From positions 1 to 64,000 of the forward strand of contig JALAGF010001916.1 in the NCBI GenBank assembly GCA_030167865.1: DNA of 64,000 nucleotides, read 5' to 3'. Numbering within the stretch: the first letter of the stretch is position 1; each line of letters opens with the position of its first letter. This DNA comes from Craspedostauros australis. Its lineage: Eukaryota. The position numbers and the translations under genes were made by a program. Under the pieces are notes generated by a model. The model did no database searches and was not told where the DNA came from. It saw only the letters and a list, made by a program, of their open reading frames with translations. Shown piece by piece: positions 21,535-32,755 of the stretch.

Positions 21535-22537
21535 GTACGCACTCGTATGGAGAGACTCATGGATCTTCGTTAACCAGAAGTTCGCGCCAATCGCATATGG
21601 AGCACGACCACCGCCTCTCTGGGAGAGAGGAACACCGATTTTGAACACAACGAGTAATGCCCGTATTACTGTGCCCTACTTCAGCCGAGGCCAACCGTGC
21701 GCATAGACGTGCACACACATACATGGAATAGATCACAATAGAATGAACCATATGGTCGATATGGATCCGTACTGGGCTACAATTTTTCCATGTGATCGAT
21801 CTCGGAGTGCTAAATTGCTCGGACCTATCCATGGGCGGAACGCTCTATCTTTGTTTGCGTACCATAGGAAGGCGAACTTTCGGTGACGTTGTCCAAATGG
21901 CGAATGTGCAATTCGCGTGGCTGTGCATTTTCGCGAACCCAACTTCGCGGAAAGCCACCACGAAATTTCAACAACTCGGATTCCAACTCCAACTCCTACT
22001 TGTTCGCTCTTTTCGCAAGACAGAACCCAAGATTCGCCGCGAAAATGAATCTCTGGGGCCATTTCGAGAGGCATCGCGGAGCGTGCATCATGGAGTTAAA
22101 GAATAATACTCGTCGACAACTCTACTCTCTCTCTCTCTTTCTGGAATATAGTAGGTAGAGTATGAGGACACATATGTTACTCCACGCGTATCAACCTAGG
22201 CTGAGGGTTGGCTCCAGAGATATATTGATCAATGATCGCGATGCGTTCCTTCCTATCCATACTCCAAGAGTGCGATTGCATGTCTCCAAGTCAAGAACAA
22301 GGAAGCGCGACGAAGAAAGACCCGCCACGCGGAGCAAGCTTCGATTGGGGAGGGTGCATGGGTTTTTGTGCGTGCAATTGAGTATCCTAATCTCTTATGA
22401 TGTCTGTGCATGTATCGTTACTGCACCATCTTTCTCTCTACAAGTACTCTTTGCTCTACGAGTACGCTAGGTCTCTCTCTCGTTCGGTTCTGGCGCCGTC
22501 TTTCGACTTGTACCCGATCGATGGATTGATCGCTCGA

Positions 22538-24271
22538 TCATTCCTGAAGGCGTTCCTTGGCCCTCAACACCTCCGTCTCCCAATTGACACCGAATGTGAC
22601 GATGGTTGCGAACAGCAAAAAGTGGAACCAAGTGCCGACGGTTGTGCCAGCCACGAGACCAACCACGCCGCAGAGGTAGTCGTCGTCGCAAGCCATGTCC
22701 CCGTCGTTGCGTACGAATGAATTGTAGTAGGCCAATGGCAGGCCAACGCACCAGTAGGAGAACACGACGACGGGCACGCTGACCCACTGTTTGCCGCATC
22801 CCTTGAGGGTGCTGTTACATGCGTACAGCATGCCGTCGGCGAAGATGTAGACGGCGAGCAACGGGATGGTTTGTGCAGCCTGTTCGATGACTTCGTCTTG
22901 GCCTGGCGCGAAGAGCGATGGGAAGAAGGTGTGGGGGACGATCATGAACATGGTGCCAAGGCTGAGGGTGACGATGGCTGCGCATGAGACACAGACGATG
23001 CTTGCGAGCTTGGCCTCGTATGGTTTACCTTCGCCCAAGAGGTTACTGACTCTGGCAGTTCCTGCGATTTCGAGTCCCATGGACAACGTGAAGCAGGTCA
23101 CGTTGATGGATTGGAACAGGCTCATTCCACCGAGCGCTGATTCCGGACTGGGCGAGAGCTGTCCCGCAAGGATGACGATCGTCTCGGATGCCCACAATTC
23201 CGCGAAAGCGAAGATGCCGGGCACCGCTAGGACGAGGTATTGGACGATGCCGTAGAGCGATGATATGGCAGCCTTGAATTCTGGCCAGAAGGTCAGTTTG
23301 GTCTTGTTGATCGCGATTGCTCTGGTACTCTCGAGGACCCGCCGCCGCCCGTGCTCAGTACCGAAGGCGTACGCCACCATGATGGCCGATTGCAGCACCT
23401 GGAAGCAGCTTGTCGCGACGGCGCAGCCGATGTAGTCCATTCCCATGTAGTAGATGAAGAACCAGTTGAGCGGCACGTGCAAAGCTAGGGTGATGTAAGA
23501 TGCGTACAAGGGTACGTCCACCATACCGATACTTTGCAACCAAGTCGTGAGTGTGTAAACGAGGCAAAGTCCCCAGAAGCCTGGCACCAGTGCCGTGAGA
23601 TAGTCGGAGGACATGCCGGCGATCATGTCCGTTTGGCCGAGCATCAAGAGGAAGTCCTTGGTGCCCGACAGCCACCAGATTGCAAATGGCAGTATGATGG
23701 CGTGTTGGATGACGAGCGCTCTTATGAAGACGACCATTGGTGGAAGTGGCGCGTCGTCGCCCCCTGCTTCGCTATCGGAGTCATCGCTATCCGTTGGAGC
23801 CGTGGCGACAGTGAACCGCCCAGAATCAGGGATAGTCTCGTCGTCCGTATCGGATTGAGAGCGACCTCTCAGCTTCTCGAGCTTGGCGGTCATCTCTCCG
23901 GTGGATTGACCAGCCAGCGTTGCTGTTGCGGAGTTCAGTCCGCTGGAAAAGCTCAGTCCGACGATATTGCTGAGCGAGGTTGCCAGCGCAGCCGCTGTGA
24001 GCTCTTTGGCGCCCAGCCCTCCTGCGAATCTTATGGAGATGAGCCAGGGAAGCTTGTTGATGACCGAGCTCTGCATGGTTGGACCTGCAAGCTTGAGCTG
24101 CTTTTTCGCTTCCGCGGCGAATAGAGCCCAGGTGATAGAGTCGTCGCCCTTCATGGCCTCGACGCTCTTCATGTCCTCGGAGTGGACGAAGGCGCTGTCA
24201 TTTTCGGCTTTCCAGAGGAGGTGAGAAAGCTCGGTGGATGTCTCGATGTCCTCTCGCTGTTTAGGAGCCAT
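22538..24271 (-). CDS. MATE family efflux transporter (paralog 1)
   Basis: About 12 hydrophobic segments; GLGAKELTAAALA, TLAGQ, LAVPG…ELWASE, RVSNLLGEG and LKGCGKQ. ATG at 24271 (MAPKQ). Confidence 0.93.
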   Translation of the reverse strand: MAPKQREDIETSTELSHLLWKAENDSAFVHSEDMKSVEAMKGDDSITWALFAAEAKKQLKLAGPTMQSSVINKLPWLISIRFAGGLGAKELTAAALATSLSNIVGLSFSSGLNSATATLAGQSTGEMTAKLEKLRGRSQSDTDDETIPDSGRFTVATAPTDSDDSDSEAGGDDAPLPPMVVFIRALVIQHAIILPFAIWWLSGTKDFLLMLGQTDMIAGMSSDYLTALVPGFWGLCLVYTLTTWLQSIGMVDVPLYASYITLALHVPLNWFFIYYMGMDYIGCAVATSCFQVLQSAIMVAYAFGTEHGRRRVLESTRAIAINKTKLTFWPEFKAAISSLYGIVQYLVLAVPGIFAFAELWASETIVILAGQLSPSPESALGGMSLFQSINVTCFTLSMGLEIAGTARVSNLLGEGKPYEAKLASIVCVSCAAIVTLSLGTMFMIVPHTFFPSLFAPGQDEVIEQAAQTIPLLAVYIFADGMLYACNSTLKGCGKQWVSVPVVVFSYWCVGLPLAYYNSFVRNDGDMACDDDYLCGVVGLVAGTTVGTWFHFLLFATIVTFGVNWETEVLRAKERLQE

Positions 24272-24338
24272 CTTGGATTCTGCAGAAACGCTGGTGATGA
24301 GTGATGTGTGATGTATTATGGAATGTATGATGAGTGAG

Positions 24339-24523
24339 TTGTGATGCGTGAATTGTGATGCGTGAATTGTGATGCGTGAATTGTGATGCGTGAATTGTGA
24401 TGCGTGAATTGTGATGCGTGAATTGTGATGCGTGAGTTGTGAGGTGTGAGGTGTGAGGTGTGAGTTGTGAGTTGTGATGCTGACAGGGGTGACGCTGACA
24501 GGTGTGATGCTGACAGGGGTGAC
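24339..24523. repeat. Compound minisatellite: (TTGTGATGCGTGAA)x7, then (KTGTGAG)x~5, then a 15-mer (GTGATGCTGACAGGG-like)x3
   Basis: Units counted directly; begins about 70 bp upstream of the MATE1 ATG. Confidence 0.95.
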
Positions 24524-25385
24524 CGGCAGAAACGTAAGTGCTCTCCTCTTGGTTTGTTGTAACCACAGAGAATGCAGGAAGACGAGTGAGTGTTGGTGGG
24601 ATGCACCAGTTTGCTCCACCAATACTCAGCACGATGAGAGTTGGGCAGAGTGGGTCAGCAAAAAATGGAGAGAAAGACGTTGCGGTTCGCCATCACGACA
24701 GTGACGCGCTCCGGACCATGACTTGAACAACCGGTTCGAGAGCTTTGATTCCATGGACTCAGGGTTATTAAACAAGGCCATTGGATGGCAAGCGCGGCGA
24801 CCAGCAACTTTTCGACCACCCACGCAAATGCAAATGCAAATTTGTTGCGCGCAAAACACGCGAAGGACGCGGTGGCATTAAACAGATGCAACAAACACGT
24901 CACATTCAAAACACAAAGTCCGGTACATGGACGAAACTGCGGGTTCACGACCGACGACACAGCATGTCATTGGATGATTCCTTGAAATGAATCCCGGGCA
25001 TTCCGCATGTCGCAATCAGGGTATCTTTTGCGAATCTCAAAGAAGCGTTATTTTGTGGTTACATTGAGGAACGAAACGGATTTGTTCACTGGCGATGATA
25101 CAAACAGTCCAAATCTACGCCTGTCCGTCAACATCGGCCGCTGATACCGTCATGTGCGAAGAAATAAAGGACACTCTAGCAACCATCAGAAATGGTCCTG
25201 AGACGTGGACCCACATGTACAACAGGAATGTAGAGTAATCTTTTCGTGTCTGTTTGCGTTCAGCCTCCTCGGCGATACTTCACGAATAGAATGTGTGGTA
25301 CGCAGTTCTCATGTTTCTATCTGTTTTCGTGAAGCAACCGAGTCATGATGGAGTAAGAGTATGTAGAGTATTGTATTATATGTTG

Positions 25386-28300
25386 TTACAACTCGCCGGA
25401 TCGCTGAGCGCCACCGAAACGTTGGCCAGCCCACTTGGTCTGTGCGTGGTATCCGTCCGGCACTGGCTCTTCTTCCTCAACCCCAGACTGGACGCTGTCG
25501 GCAGCAGTATTTGCAGTATCGCTCGGGGTCTCCCTTGGACCGTTTCCAGTTCTCGTGTCGTCGCTGCTGGCACTCGGACCGCTCGGACTACTGGGGCTGC
25601 TGCCGCTACCTTTTGAGCTCTTGTCGCTCTTGTCGCTCTTGTCACTCTTCGATCCTTTGCTCGTGCTCGGGCCACTCTTGCTGGTCTTGGGAGACTTGTT
25701 GCCAGTTGGGATCATGCCGGACGGCGAGAGGTTCGGTGGTCGAGTGGGCCTCGGTGTCACGGTTGGGCTGCCCGTCTTCGCAACGCGGATGCCGAAGTTG
25801 CCCGTGTCATCGCCGAATCCACTGACACGGACGAAGTACGTCACATCCCGCTCAGTGTCCCAAGTCAGCGCACTTGCGGCCGTGTTGCTGCACGCGCCAT
25901 CGTCATCGTCACCTGCGACGCACTGCAGGTCGTTGCAACTCTTGCTTCGTGAAATATACACGGACAGCACAGTGTCGAAGTTGGTGGCCGCAGAGCATGT
26001 CGAGACGGTCATCCTGTCGCCGGATCCGACGACGCGGTACCAAACATCCGACGACGAGTGCACACCTCCGATGCAATCCCTCGCCCCTTCGAAGTCGCCT
26101 GCGATGGTGGAACCAAACATAACGGAGCCGTCCGTGCGAAGGTTGATGGCGTCTTCGCATTTGTCATTGTCCGGCGCCGCATCGCCGGTTGTGGCAAACA
26201 CGCCGAACGTGCCACGCAGCTCCTGGAATCCACTCACGCGGATGTGGTACATGGTGCCTTTGGTCGTTCTCCACTCCGCCTGGCTGGTGGTGGTGGAAAA
26301 CTCGCACATGCCGTTGTCATCACCAGACGCGATGCAGGACAGCACTCTGCATGCGCCGTCGTACACGGAGATGATCGTGTCGTAGTTGGTCTGCTCAGTG
26401 CATGTCGAGACGAGGATGTTCCCACCGTTGCCAACCAGTCTGTACCACAAGGCCACTGCAGAGTTGCCTTCGCGGCATGATGCTACGCCATCTGGAACAG
26501 CGGTCATCGTCGATCCCACCAGGATTGTGCCATCCACAGGAAGGTCGATGGCCTCAACGCACTCATCGTTGATTGGTGCATTCTGCGCTTCCAGCCGAAT
26601 GCCGAACGGGCCCTGCGCGTTTCCGACACCACCGACGCGGAGGAAGTATGTAACACCGGTCTCGGCCGTCCATTGCACGGTGCTGCCGCCGTTCATGCCG
26701 CAACCACCATCATCGTTGCCGTCGATGCAGTCCAGACTCATGCAATCTCCATTGTAAACTGACATTTGTGTATCGATGGTTGTTGCACTCACGCAGGTCG
26801 TGGCGACCACTTCGGAACCTGTACCAACGTAGCGGTACCATCGGCCAGCTGGTGTTGATATTGCTTGCGTGCCGCAAATGGGCTGGCTGTCAGGGACAGC
26901 GAAGGTCGTGGAGCCTGTCCGCACGATTCCATCTGCCAGAATGCTCTCGGCTTCCGTGCAAAGGTCATTTGAGGCTGACTCGGAGATGGCGACCTCGAAG
27001 TCACCTCGACTGGTGCCCACACCTCCGATCCTGATGAAGTAGTCGGTGCCATCCACCGTGGGAAACTGCGCTATGTTCCCGTTGCCTGAGCCAAGACCAC
27101 AGGTGCTACCGCCCGATGCACCTTCGACGCAAGCGAGCTGCTGGCAGTTGCCATCGTACACCGACACGACTGTGGGGAAGTTGGTGCTGCCGAAGCATGT
27201 CGAAACCGCCAGTTGTTGTCCCGATCCCTGTACCACATACCAAAGCCCCGGAGATGAATGCGGAGAGCCATCGCATGTATCACTTGAATTGCCGTCCTGC
27301 ACGGCAGTGACGGTGGACCCTGAGACGGGAAGTCCATCGGTCGTGAGCCTCACCGCATCGCCGCATTCGTCGTTGGGCGGTGCCATGACAGGCTGGACGG
27401 AGACATCAAAGTCGCCCGTCTTGTTTTGGAAACCACCAACGCGAATGAAGTACCGCGTTCCCTGCGTCGAGGCCCATTGGGCTGCCGCGCGCTCGGATCC
27501 GAATTGGCATGCCGAGTTCACATCGCTCCCAACAACGCAGCTCAGCGAGGTGCATGGCCCTTCGTAGACGGAGACGACAGTATCGAGGGTTGCCGCGGTA
27601 TTGCTCGTGCAGGTGGACGCGATCAGCACTTCTCCGGTGCCAACAACGCTGTACCAGATGCCATGCACGGATGATGCTAATATGCACGACAATGCATTGT
27701 CTGGAACGGCGGCGACGTTGGACGCAGACACGATGGTGCCGTCGGGTGTCAGTTCGATTGCTCCCACGCATTCATCGTTCGCAGGTGGCGCGATCGTGGC
27801 GACGGAAACAGTGAAGTTCCCGACCTCCGAGTTCAAACCGCCCACGCGGACGTAGTAGTCCTCACCCTGTGCGCCGAACCATTGCACGGTGCTAGCTCCA
27901 GATGAGGTGGAACAGGCGGGGTCGTTGCTTTCCGCTCCGGCGAAGCAGTTTTGGGAGTCGCACTCTTCAAACAGCCAAAGAACGGTGTTCATGGTTGTGG
28001 TTGGGAAGCAGGTCGTGGCAACGAGCCCGGTGTTTGATCCTGTCACTCGGTACCAAAGTCCTACCGATGACAATAACGAAAACTCCAGGCATACATCCAC
28101 GATGCTATCGGACGCGGCATCCATCGTCGCTCCGGGTAACGCAGGTCCATCGGCTGTGATTGGCAGCGCCTGAGCACATGCATCGTTTTCAGGTGCAATG
28201 CCTGTTTGCATCATCGTTGGGACTATCGTGGGCCTGGATGTGTCGGGTACTGTTGGCGCCGCGGTAGGCGAACTGGTGGCTCCTGGAACAGGTTGAGCGC

Positions 28301-31300
28301 TTGGAAGTTGGCTTGGACGAGTGGATGGCGCGCTGGTGGGAGATGCAGTTGGTGAAACGCTGGGGTTGGTCGACGGTGTGGAGGTGGGGCTTTGTGTCGC
28401 GTCCATTCTCGTTGGTACTTGCGATGGGGATGCCGTGGTGGGAACCAACGAGAGGGATGGATTCTGTGACGCCGTCGGGACGAAGGACAACGATGGGTTT
28501 TGCGACATCGACGGCCGTTGCGATGCTGTCGGATTCTGACTGACGGTTGGGACGGCAGAAGGCGATGCGCTGATGTCGAGCGAAGAGAGGCACGTGTCTG
28601 AGTCCGCGGCGAAGATCTGACACTGTAAATCGCAGCTGCAGTTGGGGGCGCATTCCGGAGCCTGTCCGAAGCAGGGGTCGTTGTTGATTTGAACACCCAG
28701 CCGAAGTCCCGCTGTTTCTGGCGTGTCACCTCGGCAGGTCGCCGTGATCTCGTTTTCTCCCACGAAATTGTCGAAAGCCGTCACACCGGAGCCTGCAATG
28801 ATCAAGGCCACCAGCTGTTGGTTGTTGCTGTCGAAGCATGATTGTGTGAATTGGATGTCACCACCATTGAACGCGAGGATGTTGGCCTGCATTCGCGGCG
28901 TATGCCAGTCGAAAAATCATGCGTATTCGAATTTGTATATGTGTGGTAGGTTTCATGGTGGAGATAGTCGGTGCAGATGGTGAGTGCAGGTGGTGGGTGA
29001 GTAGGAATGCAGGCTTACTCGGAGAAGTACAAGAGCATTGAACGTCGCCAAACGCAAGTATTGCAGACAACACAGCAATGGATGAAATGATGAGCCGTGC
29101 CATACCCATACTACGTGATGAAGCCGTGAAAACCGTTCATCTCAACGGAATCTATGGCGGTAGTTGTCATCATGGAGGCGGCATCGTACTCGCAAGCACT
29201 GAGACATTCCATCCATCTGGCGAAAAGAACGTGATAGCACGCAAACAGAGTTCCGGGTCTGTCTTACACTTGCGCCGCTGTTCCCGATGATATTGGCCTG
29301 AATCAGGTTGAGGAATGCACCTGTTCCTTCCGATGCAATGACAGCGGTTGGGGTATTCGGAGCAGAGCTCTGGTATCGATTATTCCTGAAGTTGCTACTT
29401 TCGACTGTGGTGTTGGAACCGTCCCCCGCGGAGAGAATGCTGTTCTGAATACGGCACGATGTGATGAATCAAAGAGAAATTGGAGTGAGAAGAGTAAACT
29501 CAGGCAGAGACGGAGAGACATGGTGAGGATGCGATTTCGATGTCTCCGTGAGAGATGTTGTATGGAATCGCCACAGATGGCCATGTGCCTTACGAGAATG
29601 TAAGAGGAAGTGTCCATGCAGCAGCTGTTGCAACAAGACACTGTGCTCGATTCTTATTGCTTCCATCGGATGAAATGTATGCATGTATGTGTCCTGTCCA
29701 ATATTCGAGATGGATGAGGTAGTACGACAGACAGGGCAGAATATCAGGCAAAACAACGTTCTCCATGTTGCTGGTGTGGTTGCACTCACCAAGAAGAAAT
29801 CATTGTCACTGACGAGAGTGTTGCGGACCGTCATCTGGCAACCAGCGGCGGCGATGAAGCCCGTCCAGGGCGTGGCCTGTTTGTTGTTGGACATTTCAGA
29901 ATTCTCCACGTCGACCATGGCCGAACGACCTTGGCAGCCGATTGCATTTTGCAGGAAGACATTGTCCGTGATGTTCAGTTGTCTGAGTGTCACGGCTCCC
30001 GACAGCGCAACCGCCACAGTCTGTTCTCGTGTTGCATTGTCAGCGTTGTTGTTATTGATGGCCCGATGTGTTACGCGTTTGGAAGGGATGAAGATGATGG
30101 AAGATGGTGTGCAACAAACGGAGTGAGATCATCTTCTTCGTTGTTGATGGAAGATGTTCGTTAAATCAGCCTTCATCCAGTTTCAGTTCCAGTTTCAGTT
30201 GTGAAAAACAAACTCATTGCTGCATCTTTGGTGCACTGCTCAAAGATATTGCGCAAAGGATTAGCCAAGGGCCTCCACGGGGATCATCCAGTGTGGCGGT
30301 ATTGTACCATACGTACGCTGACATCGCTTCTTCTCAAGACAACATCGTCAAGAATCATCTCTCCGTTTCCACGATTTTGGAACAAGAACTAATCCATGAA
30401 AATGAAAGAAGAGCAAACGACAGACAGATGGTGTGAGTAATTCGATGAATGATTTCACCAAGCGATCGCGAATGAGTGAACAAGAGGCGGATAGAGAGGT
30501 ATTGGGGAAGACAACACTCACATTGAAATCCACATGTTCAATGAGGACGTTGTTGATCAGGACGACACCACCGCGATTGTTCACAAGCAAAGACCCCGAA
30601 GCATCCGCTGGTGTCATTGTAGTGCTCTGCAGAGTGGCATGCAAAGTGTAATGTTGAGAGTCATGCCATGGCATGTAATTGAGGGCCGTGTGACCGTCAA
30701 AGTGAGGATACGTAGAGTAGTTGGGACGGTGGGAGGTTGGGCGCACAAGAGTTGAGTGAGAGGCATGGTACGCGCATGATGGAGATTGATGTTTAAAATA
30801 TGCTGCTCGCGGGCAGCACTGCGATGGCCAACGACATTGAATTCAGCCCACTTCGATACAACACGTGTGAGACTGCGGTCTGGTGTATTACTTACTCGAA
30901 TCGTCCCCATGTTGATGCTAAGCGTCATGGAATTGGCGCTTGCCTCGTCGACATCGATAACCTCATTACATGAAAAGTCCTTCACCACAAGAGAAAGAGA
31001 AGCGGCAAAGCGAAGCAGAGTGGAGTTTGATGGAGTATGATGGGTTGAAGCGCATCAGAAATGCATCAGAGATGGAAGATGAAAGAAAGCAAGGAAATAG
31101 CTTGAGATGAAGGCTGTGCGTTTGTACTCGCACATGGCATGATGATCCTGAGAGCACGCACTTCCTTTCATCAATGTGTCCATTTAGTACACAGGACATA
31201 CTGGCACAGAACACGTACCTGCCAAATGCAATTCGCAAAGGTCGCGGTCGCGGGTGCTGCGGCCGTTGCTGAAACAGAAAAGCCATTGAAGTTCTGAAAG

Positions 31301-31719
31301 GTGAGCCCGACGAAAGCAGCCGAATTGAAGTTGTAGGCCGGATTGGCAGGTTCGGGGATGACGACCTGGTTCGTGGTCTGGGCGTTGTGATCCAGAATGC
31401 AGTTCTGATTGACGTTTCCCGATTGTCCGCACTGGAGGATGGCATTGCTGAGAATGACATTGAGTGAAGTGTCGGCCGATGTGTCGAAGGTGGTGGATGG
31501 ACAGAGCACGAGAAGGTAGGCCGGTTCCGGAGCACCTCCAGCAATGACGCGATCAACCTCCGTGACCATGTCCGCGTTGAGATCCGTGATGGTGCTGTAT
31601 CCCGTGATGGCTGCATTGGAGGCACATGGTGCTGTGGATGGCGGGAAGGAGAATTGGGCCTCGCAGAATTGGCTCGTAATGGCCGCAAGGACGATGATAG
31701 TTCGAAACATCCAAGACAT
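25386..31719 (-). CDS. Large secreted modular protein (~1556 aa): signal peptide, beta-helix-like region, PTS-rich stalk, six Cys-rich ND-x-C-x-x-A repeats, KxxK Lys/Ser tail
   Basis: Exons 31719-31219, 30979-30896, 30626-30522, 30388-30317, 30020-29790, 29444-29268 and 28886-25386. All introns are GT-AG, all exon lengths are multiples of 3 and there are no internal stops. Signal peptide MSWMFRTIIVLAAITSQFCEA-Q. Confidence 0.8.
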
Positions 31720-32755
31720 GGCTTGACGTGGGGGTGATCGAGATGATCCTGATTGCGACGTCCTCTGAGCGTGTAATTGGTAGCGCACTATTCGTTGCCC
31801 TTGTCTTTCCGATTCTTGTTGCCAAATGCTGATTGCAGTTGTCTCTTCTGCAAAGGCAGATAGCAGAGGTGCTGATTGATGCGCAGCTGTTGATGCTATT
31901 GTTGATGCTGCTGTGGAGACCATTCCCTCAGTGTTTCCATTGTGGTCAACGTTGACACAGAATCATGAGATCCGAATGAACCTTGGCGATGCAAGGAACG
32001 CCGCCACACTCTCCAAAGGCACAGCACAACTCAACACCATGATCATCATCATCATCCTGTCTGCTTGCTGTGTTGTCTGTGCGGAAACGCAGGTGTGAAG
32101 ATGAAGTTGACAGGTGGTTTCGAATTGTGAGGTGCTCGAATCCATCCGTTGAGCTGCGCGCAGAGCGATCATCGAGTTTGGCGAATGTTTTGTGAGCACA
32201 ATTGTCCCACAAACATGAATCTGACAAAACTCGGCGATCACAGGAAGGAAGGCCAGACGAACTCGAGTACATACTACGAGAAGGAGAGTAGATAAATCTG
32301 CGTTTTTGTGTTTGTGAGCTCTCTGCTCGCACCCTCCGCCACAACGGGGAACTGCTCCGGAATCCCCATTATTCTACTCAATAAAGGAGTTCATCTAAAG
32401 CTGTGAATACTCAGTTCTGCTTGCACCGGAATGGATCACACTACTCTAGCTGCGTTATCTTTATGAACACTTGAACCACAGTCACCGCAACTGGAGATCA
32501 TTGGTGCCCTGCCGAGTCGGAGGCGGACGCGATGGTTTTAAAAATGCAGAGGCGCTGTTTGCCACGGCAGAGTATTTCTAGTCCGGTTAGAGGTGCCATG
32601 AGTTGGTGCTCTGCTCGGATGCACATTTGTGCGGTATGTGCAATACTGTTTTCTATCTCTATTGGTGCGGTACGACCATGCATAGCATGCTCTGTGATCA
32701 TCTGGGTTTGATTGCGTTGCAGATAATAATCTCACAACGGTTGGCATTCGATGCG

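Noticed and set aside
24339-24436. Regular repeat array as a possible CRISPR
   Set aside because: Head-to-tail 14-mers with no spacers, in a eukaryotic context with no cas genes.
24272-24622. N-terminal extension of MATE1 in the ORF track (THHNSRITIHASQF repeats)
   Set aside because: Non-ATG start and translation of the minisatellite; the paralog supports the MAPKQ start.
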